Under the pieces are notes generated by a model. The model was given only the letters and a program-made list of their open reading frames with translations. It searched no databases and had not been told where the DNA came from. The position numbers and the translations under genes are program-made. Of a stretch of DNA of 64,000 nt, positions 35,393-45,542 are shown one piece after another; position 1 is the stretch's first letter; each line of letters opens with the position of its first letter. This DNA comes from Deltaproteobacteria bacterium (GTDB taxonomy: Bacteria > Desulfobacterota > Dissulfuribacteria > Dissulfuribacterales > QOAL01). Location: positions 865 through 64,864 of the forward strand of contig JALWNK010000017.1 in the NCBI GenBank assembly GCA_026995935.1, in the 5' to 3' direction.

Positions 35393-36922
35393 ATGGACAA
35401 GACAAAAAGGCCTGCTGCATCTCTTTTGGCCTTCATGGCTGACCTCCACCATGAAATCAGATCCCCTGTAAATACCATCCTCAATATGACAGAGCTTGCC
35501 GCCAAGGAAGATCTTCCACTGGCAGCTAGAAATTACGTTGAAACCATAGAGAAGTCGGCAAACTCTCTTCTTACCATCCTTGACGACATAATAGAGCTTT
35601 CCCAGGACGAAACCGACTCCCCCAATATCAACCAGGCCTTCGCCTTGACAGACCTTTTGGAGGACCTCAAAGAGGCAATAGAGGGGCCTCTTAAGTCCAA
35701 GGCAGCAGAAATGACCCTTTCCTTTGAAAGGGGGATTCCAGAGTGGTTTTCAGGTCCCAGGGGAAGAATACGCCAGGTGCTCACACAGATTTGCAACTAC
35801 AGCTTGAGGCAACTTGCCTCAAGGGAGTTGAAACTTGATGTTTCATATAAAAAAGGGGAGAAGGCAGAAAAACTCTGCTTTACCCTTTTTGCCCAAAACT
35901 CCTCACATGACGCCCTGAAACCCAAAGATGTGCTCAGAAACCCCAGGATACTTATCTGCCAGAGGCTTCTACTTGAGCTTGGCGGTCAACTCGTGGTGGA
36001 AAGCGCCACAGATAGTAGGATACGATTTTCTTTTTGTGTGTATGTCTCACCAACAGAGCGTTCCTGGGGAGAGCCCATATTTCCAACCCCTGTATCATGC
36101 CTTGTGGGAAAAGGCAGGCTTTCTTCAGCCCTTGTCGCAAGAAGGTTAAAGGGATGCGGCTTCAAGGTGGCACGTGCTGCTGCCCTTGAGGATGCCCAGG
36201 ACCTCCTTGACCGGGAGGTTTCAAAAAGCCAGAAGGGAATTGCGCTTGTTGACTGGGAAAGCGTTAAAGAAGAACCGGACAGCTGGAAGGATCATGTCTC
36301 AAACACTCGCTACCCCCTTATCTACTATGACGTTCCGGCAATAAGCATGATGCACATCAGCGCAAATGTCTCCGAATGGGATCAAGGAAAGCAGAAGATT
36401 GGCTTTGTAATGTCGCCTTCCAAGGGCAAACAGATTGTATCCGAGGTCCTAAGGCTTCTTGGAATGGAAGCAGAGCAGTTGTCCTGCTCCCTGGCCTGGG
36501 AGGAAGAACCCCAGGATGATATGACAATTACTCCTGAAGGCCTGGAGGGCATGAAGGTCCTTGTGGTGGAAGACGACAGGATAAATCAGAGAATCGTCGT
36601 GGAGCTCTTGAAAAAGTTCTCCATAAAGCCAGTTGTGGCATCTACCGGCAAGGCCGCCCTTAATGCAGTTAAAAAACACGTGTTCGATGCCATCTTCATG
36701 GACATAAATCTTCCAGACACAGACGGTTACAGGCTCACGGAAGAGATAAAAAAGATGGAACAGTACCAGTCAGTACCGGTGATTGCCCTTACTGCCAGCA
36801 CCAAGAACAGGAGGCTCTGCCTTGAGGCAGGGATGGACCACTTTCTTTCAAAGCCCTACAGCGAAACAAAACTGCTTAAAAGCCTTGTTACAACAAAAAG
36901 CAAAAGGGAAGGCCGCCCTTAA
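35393..36922 (+). CDS. Soluble HisKA-domain protein with a degenerate ATPase domain, plus a pseudo-receiver and a canonical receiver
   Basis: 509 aa with an intact H-box (DLHHEIRSPVN). The region aligned to HATPase_c lacks DxGxG and GxGLG boxes. The C-terminal REC is intact (VLVVEDDRINQ...IFMDINLPDTDG...SKP). Confidence 0.75.
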   Translation: MDKTKRPAASLLAFMADLHHEIRSPVNTILNMTELAAKEDLPLAARNYVETIEKSANSLLTILDDIIELSQDETDSPNINQAFALTDLLEDLKEAIEGPLKSKAAEMTLSFERGIPEWFSGPRGRIRQVLTQICNYSLRQLASRELKLDVSYKKGEKAEKLCFTLFAQNSSHDALKPKDVLRNPRILICQRLLLELGGQLVVESATDSRIRFSFCVYVSPTERSWGEPIFPTPVSCLVGKGRLSSALVARRLKGCGFKVARAAALEDAQDLLDREVSKSQKGIALVDWESVKEEPDSWKDHVSNTRYPLIYYDVPAISMMHISANVSEWDQGKQKIGFVMSPSKGKQIVSEVLRLLGMEAEQLSCSLAWEEEPQDDMTITPEGLEGMKVLVVEDDRINQRIVVELLKKFSIKPVVASTGKAALNAVKKHVFDAIFMDINLPDTDGYRLTEEIKKMEQYQSVPVIALTASTKNRRLCLEAGMDHFLSKPYSETKLLKSLVTTKSKREGRP

Positions 36923-36928
36923 AGACTC

Positions 36929-38035
36929 TCAGGACGATTTATTAAGCCCCACGGGATAGGACCCAAGCCACTTCAAAAAGGTACAGCCGTTTTTTATGGC
37001 CTCCACCCCTTCTCTGACATGCTCATCTTCAATGTGACCTGCTATATCAACGTAGAAGAGATAACGCCAGGGCTCATCCTTCACAGGACGTGACTGGATT
37101 TTTGTAAGGTTTATCCCCTTGTGTGCCAGTGGCTCAAGGAGCCTGAAGAGGGAACCTGGCCTGTCCTCAAGGCTCAGGAGCAGGGAGGTCTTGTCGTTCC
37201 CGCTTGGCCTGGGGCATTCATGTCCAAGGATCAGGAATCTCGTGGTATTTCCTGCAAAGTCCTCAATGCTCTTTGCAACCGTATAGAGGTTGTAGGTGCG
37301 GGCTGCTAGCGGACTTGCTATGGCAGCAACGGATGGGTCCACTGCGGCCCACCTTGCCGCCTGGGCAGTGCTTACCACCTCCTCTGTGGGGACAGCAGGA
37401 AGGTTGCGCTGGAGCCAGATACGGCACTGGGCAAGGGCATGGGGATGGGAAAGTATCCGCCTGATGGTGTCTATTCTGCCGCTCTTGTTTATGAGATCGT
37501 GGGATATGGGTAAAAAGACCTCGCCACATATCTTTATGTCGTAATCGCACAGACCGTCCAGGGTGAGGGCAACCGTGCCCTCAACAGAATTTTCCACAGG
37601 CACAACGCCAAAGTCTATGCGTTTTCTTTCTACCTCCTCAAAGACCTCCTTGATGTTGGATTCTGGAATGAATTCAGGGGCGTGGCCAAAGAACTCCGTA
37701 GCCGCCATGTGGGTAAAGGTGGTCTCAGGGCCGAGAAAACCCACCTTTGCAGGCCGCTGTGCATTCCTGCATGCGGAAATTATCTCGCTGTATATAACCT
37801 GGAGCCCCTCCGGAGGAAACTGGCCCTTATTATACTCCAGGATGTGGTTGATGACCTCCCGTTCCCGCACTGGATCAAGGGGCTGGGCAAGGGACTTGGC
37901 CTTGGTCCTTCCAATCTCCTCGGCCACCTTGAGCCTTTCCTGGAGAAGATCAACGATCTCCCGGTCAATACCATCTATCCTCTTTCTGAGTTTAGTAAGC
38001 CTTTTCAGCTGTTCTTCGTCAAGTTTCTGTATCAT
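36929..38035 (-). CDS. pheA: Bifunctional chorismate mutase / prephenate dehydratase (P-protein)
   Basis: 368 aa. CM_2 N-terminus (LRKRIDGIDREIVDLLQERLKVAEEIGRTK), PDT domain (VGFLGPETTFTHMA, VPVENSVEGTV, TRFL) and C-terminal ACT domain. Confidence 0.92.
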   Translation of the reverse strand: MIQKLDEEQLKRLTKLRKRIDGIDREIVDLLQERLKVAEEIGRTKAKSLAQPLDPVREREVINHILEYNKGQFPPEGLQVIYSEIISACRNAQRPAKVGFLGPETTFTHMAATEFFGHAPEFIPESNIKEVFEEVERKRIDFGVVPVENSVEGTVALTLDGLCDYDIKICGEVFLPISHDLINKSGRIDTIRRILSHPHALAQCRIWLQRNLPAVPTEEVVSTAQAARWAAVDPSVAAIASPLAARTYNLYTVAKSIEDFAGNTTRFLILGHECPRPSGNDKTSLLLSLEDRPGSLFRLLEPLAHKGINLTKIQSRPVKDEPWRYLFYVDIAGHIEDEHVREGVEAIKNGCTFLKWLGSYPVGLNKSS

Positions 38036-38041
38036 TTCTGG

Positions 38042-38395
38042 CTAATTATGGTCTTGGGATAAAATCCTTTTTATCTGAAGTAGCTCCTGTCTTATTTCTT
38101 CAAGGACACTCTTGCTGTCAAGGTCTTTTGCCTCCACCCTTTGGCTATCTGGCTGGGAAAATTCCTGCTGGATTTTCTTCCTGGCCCCAGCAATGGTATA
38201 ACCCTCATTGTACAGGAGCTCCTTGATCCTTTTAAGTATCTTTACATCCTGGCTTCGATAGAGACGCTGCCCGGAGATCCTTCTTGGCTGAATATATTTG
38301 AATTGGCTTTCCCAGAACCGCAACACATGGGGCTTGACCCCAACCATCTCGCTAACCTGACCTATCCGGTAATATTTGCGGTCCTTTTTGAGCAT
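38042..38395 (-). CDS. MerR-family transcriptional regulator
   Basis: 117 aa with HTH YYRIGQVSEMVGVKPHVLRFWESQF. Its first 44 nt overlap the end of ihfA. Confidence 0.85.
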   Translation of the reverse strand: MLKKDRKYYRIGQVSEMVGVKPHVLRFWESQFKYIQPRRISGQRLYRSQDVKILKRIKELLYNEGYTIAGARKKIQQEFSQPDSQRVEAKDLDSKSVLEEIRQELLQIKRILSQDHN

Positions 38396-38684
38396 TTACC
38401 CTCTTTTTTAGCAAGGGACTCGGCTTGAAGGAAACGGTTTTACGCGCCGGTATCAAAATACTTTTTCCTGTAGTAGGATTTATACCCTTTCTGGATTTTT
38501 TTAAAAGGGGGGAAAAAGTGCCAAAACGCACTATTTTTACGATTTCGTCAGAGTTTAATGCCTGCTCCATGACCTTGAACAGGCTTCCTACCACCTTACT
38601 GGAGGACCTTACTGAAAAACCAAGTTCAAGACTTATTCTTTGAGATATTTCCAACCTGGTAAGAGCGCCCTTTTTCTGCCTCAT
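38352..38684 (-). CDS. ihfA: Integration host factor alpha / HU-family DNA-binding protein
   Basis: 110 aa. LTRLEISQRIS...VKIVRFGTFSPLLKKSRKGINPTTGKSILIPARKTVSFKPS is the IHF/HU arm pattern. Position directly after pheT is the classic ihfA location. Confidence 0.88.
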   Translation of the reverse strand: MRQKKGALTRLEISQRISLELGFSVRSSSKVVGSLFKVMEQALNSDEIVKIVRFGTFSPLLKKSRKGINPTTGKSILIPARKTVSFKPSPLLKKRVNAQKGPQILPDRSG

Positions 38685-38685
38685 T

Positions 38686-41100
38686 TCAGCCCCTGAGGAC
38701 TCCCCCGAACCCCTTCAATATTGCCTCTTGCAGGGGCCCGTGCATTGCTTCCACTTCCTCCTCAGAAAGGGTGCGATCCTTGGCCCTGTAAACAAAGTGG
38801 ATTCCCAGGGATTTTTTGCCCTTGGGGACCTGTTTCCCCTTGTAAACATCAAATATGTAAAAACAGACAAGCCCTTGGGCCGCCTTTTCCTGAATGAAAT
38901 CGAGGACCTCCTGGGCACGCACCGAATCGTCGAGAATTATGGAAAGATCCCTCTCCACAGACGGAAACCTGTCAAGAGGGGCAAAAACCTTTCCAGAAGT
39001 CACAGCCCCGGACAGGGCATCCAGGGAAAGATCTGCCAAAAAGACCTTTTGGGAAATGTCAAAGGCCTTTGCCACACCCAAATGGACCTGGCCAATGGTT
39101 CCAACCATACCCTCTCCTGTCCTGATGTTGAGCTGGGTTCCCTCTTCATAAAAGGACTCAACCAGGTTGGCAGATGCAGGCTCAAAGACATAATCCCTGC
39201 AGCCAAGGGACAAAAGCAGGTTTTCAACCGCACCCTTCATATCGAAGAAATCTGCCTCCCTCTCTGGCCATGCCCAGGACTTGGGAAACCTCCTTCCAGT
39301 CATGGCTGCGCAATACCTCTGATATTCTGCAGGGATGACCCCTTGGCCCTGGTCAATAAACACGGCTCCCACTTCAAAAAGGGCAAGGTTAAGGTTGCGT
39401 CTTCTGATGTTTCGCGAAATTGTGGAGAGCATACAGGGAACAAGGCTGGTCCTCATTATGGACTGGTCCTCGGCAAGGGGATTCATCAACCGGACCGCCT
39501 TCATCCTTTCATCTTCAGCCTTAAGATTAAGATTCTTGAGCTCCGACGGCCCTATGAAGCTGTAGGAGATAATCTCGCTAAACCCCTGGCCCTTCATCTC
39601 CCTTCTGACACCATTCAGAAAAGGTCTAAAGGATACAGGCCTTTCAACTATGAGGGTTGCAACAGGAGAGGAGGTGGGAATCCTTGAAAATCCGTGGCAC
39701 CTAGCCACCTCTTCCAGTATGTCCTCCTCTGCCTTGATATCTGCCCTGAATGACGGGGGAACAGTTTCAAATGACCCTTCCTTTTCCTCCACCTGAAAAC
39801 CAAGTCTGCTCAATATCTGGACCATTTCCTGGGATGGTATCTGGGTACCTAGCAACCTGTTTATCCTGCCTGGACGAAATCTCACCCTCCATGGGGTAAA
39901 CGGTACTGGATTTTCGTCCCTTACTCCCCTGAAGCTTCCGCCTGCAAGTTCCATTATCAGCTTGGCTGCCCTAAGGGCCGCCTTTTTCTGAAGCTTGGGA
40001 TCAACACCCCGCTCAAACCTGTAGGATGCCTCTGTTGGCAGTTTGAGGGCCTTGGCGGTGCGCCTTATGGAAGACGGGGCAAACCAGGCACTTTCTATGA
40101 GGATGTTGTTGGTCTTTTCAGTAACTTCTGTATCAAGCCCCCCCATGACACCTGCAACGGCAACAGGGCGCTCACCATCGCAGATAAGAAGCATGCCCTC
40201 TGAAAGCTCCCGCTCCCTTCCGTCAAGGGTCACTATTTTTTCGCCCTTTTTGGCTGTTCTCACCACAATGGCCTGGCCCTTGAGTGTATCCAGGTCAAAG
40301 GCATGAAGTGGCTGACCAAGCTCAAGCAGAACGAAGTTGGTAACATCCACTATGTTGTTAATAGGGCGCACCCCGCATGCAAGAAGCCTCCTTGCAAGCC
40401 AGCCGGGTGAAGGTGCAACCCTGACACCGTCCACCTCTGCCCCCACGTATCTTGTACAAAGCTCAGGGGCCTCTATTGTTATGGAAACGGAATCAAGGTC
40501 TTTTGAGCCGTTAATTCCTGGCTCCGGGGATCTTGGGCTGGAATGAAAAAGGGCCGCTGCCTCCCTTGCCACTCCGAGGATGCTCAGGCAGTCTGGGCGA
40601 TTGGGTGTGATGCCTATCTCAAAAACCGTATCCTCTATGCCAGTAACCTCTGAAATGCTCTGGCCCACCCTTGCACTGGGATATCTTGCTCCTATGTCAA
40701 AGATTCCAGAGCTGTCTCCCTCAAGCAGAAGCTCATACTCAGAGGCGAGCATACCTGCGGAGTTTACTCCAAAAACCTTTGCCTCCTTTACTTCCTTACC
40801 ATCTGGCATCTCCGTTCCAGGAGGCACAAAAGCAGAAAGCATACCCTCCCTGACATTTGGTGCGCCGCACACAACCACTACCTCTCCAGAGGAGGTCTCA
40901 ACTGTACATACAGAGAGATTTCTTTCTTCATCCAGGGTCTTGACCCGTGAAATCCTTGCAACCTGGCTCTTATTGAGCCACGGATAGGCAGGCTCAACTG
41001 CCTCAACTTCCAGGCCTGCAAGGGTCAGGGCCTCGGCAAGATCGTCATCTCCTGCCTCGATTTCAACCATCTCCCTAAGCCATGATGAAGGAACAAGCAT
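38686..41100 (-). CDS. pheT: Phenylalanine--tRNA ligase beta subunit
   Basis: 804 aa. N-terminus MLVPSSWLRE..., tRNA-binding, B3/4 and B5 regions, and a C-terminal FDX-ACB domain (FPSVERDLSII...). Confidence 0.95.
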   Translation of the reverse strand: MLVPSSWLREMVEIEAGDDDLAEALTLAGLEVEAVEPAYPWLNKSQVARISRVKTLDEERNLSVCTVETSSGEVVVVCGAPNVREGMLSAFVPPGTEMPDGKEVKEAKVFGVNSAGMLASEYELLLEGDSSGIFDIGARYPSARVGQSISEVTGIEDTVFEIGITPNRPDCLSILGVAREAAALFHSSPRSPEPGINGSKDLDSVSITIEAPELCTRYVGAEVDGVRVAPSPGWLARRLLACGVRPINNIVDVTNFVLLELGQPLHAFDLDTLKGQAIVVRTAKKGEKIVTLDGRERELSEGMLLICDGERPVAVAGVMGGLDTEVTEKTNNILIESAWFAPSSIRRTAKALKLPTEASYRFERGVDPKLQKKAALRAAKLIMELAGGSFRGVRDENPVPFTPWRVRFRPGRINRLLGTQIPSQEMVQILSRLGFQVEEKEGSFETVPPSFRADIKAEEDILEEVARCHGFSRIPTSSPVATLIVERPVSFRPFLNGVRREMKGQGFSEIISYSFIGPSELKNLNLKAEDERMKAVRLMNPLAEDQSIMRTSLVPCMLSTISRNIRRRNLNLALFEVGAVFIDQGQGVIPAEYQRYCAAMTGRRFPKSWAWPEREADFFDMKGAVENLLLSLGCRDYVFEPASANLVESFYEEGTQLNIRTGEGMVGTIGQVHLGVAKAFDISQKVFLADLSLDALSGAVTSGKVFAPLDRFPSVERDLSIILDDSVRAQEVLDFIQEKAAQGLVCFYIFDVYKGKQVPKGKKSLGIHFVYRAKDRTLSEEEVEAMHGPLQEAILKGFGGVLRG

Positions 41101-41110
41101 CTTTTGCCAC

Positions 41111-42124
<1,014 letters not shown>

Positions 42125-42139
42125 TTAATGTACTATGGC

Positions 42140-42493
42140 CTAAAGGGCCGCCTTTGCCTTTTCAACAAGGGCGGAAAAGACACCAGGCTCGGTAACTGCA
42201 AGATCAGCCAGTATCTTCCTGTCCAGGCCTATCTTGGCCTTTGCAAGCCCGCCCATGAACTTGCTGTAAGAAATATCGTTCAGCCTGCAGGCCGCGTTTA
42301 TCCTGGTTATCCAAAGCCTTCTGAATGAACGTTTCTTTGCACGCCTGTCACGGTAGGCGTAGCACAGGGCCTTTTCGACACTGTCCTTGGCCTGACGGTA
42401 ACAACGGCTTCTGGCGCCCCTGTAGCCCTTGGCAAGCTTTAGAATCTTTTTCCTGCGGCGCCTTGCCTTAAAACCTCTTTTAACCCTTGGCAT
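42140..42493 (-). CDS. rplT: 50S ribosomal protein L20
   Basis: [29 protein letters not shown]... is canonical L20. Confidence 0.97.
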   Translation of the reverse strand: MPRVKRGFKARRRRKKILKLAKGYRGARSRCYRQAKDSVEKALCYAYRDRRAKKRSFRRLWITRINAACRLNDISYSKFMGGLAKAKIGLDRKILADLAVTEPGVFSALVEKAKAAL

Positions 42494-42578
42494 CTGTAAA
42501 ACTCTCCTTGCTGTTAAACTGTTAAGTACCTGAAATTCCCTTTAAAATAAGGGAAACTGTAAATCTTTCCCCTTGGGC

Positions 42579-42776
42579 TCAGGAATAGGGAAGCATGCGC
42601 TTAAGATGGTCAACCATGGCATCTGATATGACCCTGTCCTTTTTCATGTACCTCTTACGCTTCCTTGTTTTCTTTGTGAGAATATGGCTGTGGCCCGGCC
42701 TGTTGAATACAAACTTGCCTGAACCTGTCTTTTTAAACCGTTTGGCCGCAGCCCTCTTTGTCTTGAGTTTTGGCAT
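42579..42776 (-). CDS. rpmI: 50S ribosomal protein L35
   Basis: MPKLKTKRAAAKRFKKTGSGKF... is canonical L35 (65 aa). The track ORF carries 12 extra N-terminal codons. Confidence 0.95.
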   Translation of the reverse strand: MPKLKTKRAAAKRFKKTGSGKFVFNRPGHSHILTKKTRKRKRYMKKDRVISDAMVDHLKRMLPYS

Positions 42777-42922
42777 ATCAAAGCCCCCGCTTTTCAAAAA
42801 ATTTAGGCACAAACGGCATTATTTAACCCTAAACCCCCTGGAGGTCAACGGTTAAATACAAAAAGAAAAACTACTCCACTAAAAGGCTCGGAGGCAAACA
42901 GGCAAAGTACCAGGGCACAGAA

Positions 42923-43444
42923 TCAGGTATTTTTCTTGGGGGCAAGCACCATGGTCAGGGTCCTACCCTCCATATTTGGCATGTGCTCTACAACTGAGAT
43001 ATCCGACATCTCCTCGGCTATCTGCTTGAGCATCTGCGCCCCAAGCTCCGGATGTACAATCTCCCTTCCCCTGAACTGTACCGTTACTTTCACCTTGTTG
43101 CCCTGGCCAAGGAACTTGACGATCTTTTTCTTCTTGACGTTCATATCGTGAACGTCTGTCCTGGGACGCATCTTGACTTCCTTGACCTGTATTACCGTCT
43201 GGCGTTTCTTGGCCTCCTGGGCCTTTTTGCTCTGCTCGTAACGGTATTTCCCGTAGTCCATGAGGCGACAGACAGGGGGCCTGGCATTTGGAGCCACCTC
43301 CACCAGATCAAGCCCTGCCTGACTGGCCCTTTCAAGGGCCTCTGCCAGGGGAACTATGCCCACCTGCTGGCCCTTTTCATCCACCAGGCGCACCTCTGAC
43401 GCCCTGATACCCCTGTTAACTCTTACTCGCTGTTCCCTGGTGAT
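42923..43444 (-). CDS. infC: Translation initiation factor IF-3, probable AUC start
   Basis: The track ORF begins at an internal GTG (..VRLVDEKGQQVG..). The frame stays open upstream and encodes ITREQRVRVNRGIRASE, the conserved IF3 N-terminus (R-I/V-N-x-x-I-R-A-x-E-V-R-L). GGGAGGTG sits 4 nt before ATC 43444. IF3 genes classically use AUU/AUC/AUA starts. The gene overlaps the thrS end by 22 nt. Confidence 0.85.
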   Translation of the reverse strand: MTREQRVRVNRGIRASEVRLVDEKGQQVGIVPLAEALERASQAGLDLVEVAPNARPPVCRLMDYGKYRYEQSKKAQEAKKRQTVIQVKEVKMRPRTDVHDMNVKKKKIVKFLGQGNKVKVTVQFRGREIVHPELGAQMLKQIAEEMSDISVVEHMPNMEGRTLTMVLAPKKNT

Positions 43445-45378
43445 GTGACACCTCCCATTTTTTCTTCCTGGGCCTGCCTCTTGAGGAGTTCAACGAACTC
43501 TTCAACAGTCATGGCCTCAAGGGTTTCTCCTCTCCTTGTCCTGGGGCTTACGCTTTTTTCAGCCACCTCTTTATCCCCCAAGACTAACATATAGGGAATC
43601 TTTTCCAACTGGGCCTCCCTGATCTTCTTCCCGAGCTTTTCGTTCCTGAGATCAAGATCTGCCCTGACTCCCTCTTTCCTCAAAATGTCAAGGACCTGCC
43701 GCGCCCAATCATCGTGCCTTTCCGTAATGGTCATGACCCTGGCCTGAACTGGACTCAGCCAGATGGGAAAGGCACCTGCATAGTGCTCTATCATAACGCC
43801 GAAGAACCTTTCAAGCGAACCCAGAAGGGCCCTGTGAACCATTATGGGCGCATGATCCTGCCCGTCTTCCCCTGTATAGGTGACATCAAACCTTTCCGGC
43901 AGGTTGAAATCCACCTGGATGGTTGAACACTGCCACGACCTATCCAGGCAGTCCTTGATCTTTATATCTATCTTGGGGCCATAAAACACACCTTCTCCCG
44001 GATCTATCTCGTATTCCAGGCCCTTTTTCTCAAGGGCACGCCTTAAGGCGTTTGTGGCAAGCTCCCAGTGTTCGTCACTTCCCACGTACTTTTCCGGCCT
44101 CGTGGACAAGTAGACCTCGTAGTTACTGAATCCAAAGACCTGGAGCATGTAGAGCGTCATGTCAAGTATCTCTATGATCTCGTCATCAAGCTGTGAGGGC
44201 ATACAGAAGATGTGGGCATCGTCCTGGGTAAAGCCCCTCACCCTCATGAGACCATGGAGTGTGCCTGTGCGCTCGTAGCGATAGACAGTGCCAAGTTCGC
44301 ACCACCTCAAGGGAAGCTCCCTGTAGCTTCGCTTTCTAGAATTGTAGATGGCAATGTGAAAGGGGCAGTTCATGGGCTTTATCTGGTATTCCACATCATC
44401 TATCTGCATGGGCGCATACATGTTTTCCGCATAGAAATCCAGATGGCCGCTTGTCTTCCAAAGCTCCCTTTTGGCAATATGCGGGGTAAAAAGGAGACTG
44501 TATCCCCTTTTAAGGTGCTCCTGCCTCCAGAAATCCTCCATGAGCATCCTTACTAGGGCGCCCTTTGGATGCCAGAGAATGAGCCCAGGGCCAATGGATT
44601 CTTCAATGGAAAAAAGCTCCAGCTCCCTTCCTATCTTTCTGTGATCCCTGCGCTTTGCCTCCTCCAGACGGTCCAGGTGCTTCTTTAATTCTTTCTTGTC
44701 GAAAAATGCCGTGCCATAGATGCGCTGAAGCATCTCCCGGTTCTCATCTCCTCTCCAGAAGGCACCTGCAACACTAAGTAGCTTGAATGCCTGGATCTTT
44801 CCAGTATCTGGCAAATGGGGCCCCCTGCAAAGGTCAACGAACTCCCCCTGCCTGTAAAGAGAGACGGTCTCAGCGCCCTCCATCTTAAGATCCTCAAGGA
44901 GCTCCACCTTGTAGGGCTCATTCCTCTCTTTGAAAAAGGATATGGCCTCATCTATTGGCATCTCGAGTCTTTCCAGGGGCATGGCCTTCTTGGAAAGCTC
45001 TTTCATCCTCTTTTCTATGCGGGTAAGGTCTTCTGGTGAAAATGGCTCCCTGGTGTTGAAGTCGTAGTAAAAACCCTGCTCTATTGCCGGGCCTATTGCA
45101 ACCTGGACGTCTGGATAGAGATCCTTTACAGACTGGGCCATGAGATGGGCGGTGGAGTGACGAAGAACCTCAAGCGCCTCCTCATCACCCATAAAAACAG
45201 GGGCAAGCTCACAGTTCTTTTCAAGCCTGTAGCCAAGGTCCTTGAGCTCACCGTCAACCCGGGCAAGAATAAGCCTTTTCCGCTGTTTCTTGCTAAGGTT
45301 ACTAGAAAGCACCTCACCAGCCGTTTTCCCCTCGTCCACTTCCAGGGTCTGTCCATCTTCCAGTTTGACTTTAATCAT
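43423..45378 (-). CDS. thrS: Threonine--tRNA ligase
   Basis: About 651 aa. TGS N-terminus (MIKVKLEDGQ...), editing-domain HSTAH, class II core (DHRKIGRELELF, FRxE-type YRYERTG..GL.RVRGFTQDDAHIF) and an anticodon-binding C-terminus. ATG 45378 chosen. Confidence 0.95.
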   Translation of the reverse strand: MIKVKLEDGQTLEVDEGKTAGEVLSSNLSKKQRKRLILARVDGELKDLGYRLEKNCELAPVFMGDEEALEVLRHSTAHLMAQSVKDLYPDVQVAIGPAIEQGFYYDFNTREPFSPEDLTRIEKRMKELSKKAMPLERLEMPIDEAISFFKERNEPYKVELLEDLKMEGAETVSLYRQGEFVDLCRGPHLPDTGKIQAFKLLSVAGAFWRGDENREMLQRIYGTAFFDKKELKKHLDRLEEAKRRDHRKIGRELELFSIEESIGPGLILWHPKGALVRMLMEDFWRQEHLKRGYSLLFTPHIAKRELWKTSGHLDFYAENMYAPMQIDDVEYQIKPMNCPFHIAIYNSRKRSYRELPLRWCELGTVYRYERTGTLHGLMRVRGFTQDDAHIFCMPSQLDDEIIEILDMTLYMLQVFGFSNYEVYLSTRPEKYVGSDEHWELATNALRRALEKKGLEYEIDPGEGVFYGPKIDIKIKDCLDRSWQCSTIQVDFNLPERFDVTYTGEDGQDHAPIMVHRALLGSLERFFGVMIEHYAGAFPIWLSPVQARVMTITERHDDWARQVLDILRKEGVRADLDLRNEKLGKKIREAQLEKIPYMLVLGDKEVAEKSVSPRTRRGETLEAMTVEEFVELLKRQAQEEKMGGVTSPGNSE

Positions 45379-45418
45379 TGTTAACTTTCCTTGCCCATAA
45401 ATTTGTTCAGCTTGCCAC

Positions 45419-45464
45419 AAAAAAAGGCATCGGCGCCAATTTCTTTCTTGGCCAGCCAGATGCC
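45419..45464 (-). terminator. Stem-loop + T7 run downstream of tRNA-Val (terminator/attenuator ahead of thrS)
   Basis: Minus strand: GGCATC-TGGCTGGCCAAGAAAGAAATTGGCGCC-GATGCC (with an inner GCCAA/TTGGC helix), followed by TTTTTTT. It ends about 40 nt upstream of the thrS ATG. Confidence 0.55.
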
Positions 45465-45542
45465 TCTTTCTTACCTATATTGTCGGACAAAGTAAACTTT
45501 TATTGAAAAGCCCTTACAGGCCACCCTCCTGAAAAAATCAAA

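Noticed and set aside
38728-39687. 319-aa plus-strand ORF (and neighbours 38894-39151, 39335-39565) inside pheT
   Set aside because: It lies fully antisense to a well-supported pheT and its translation is low-complexity with no motifs. Long stop-free antisense frames are expected opposite highly biased coding sequence.
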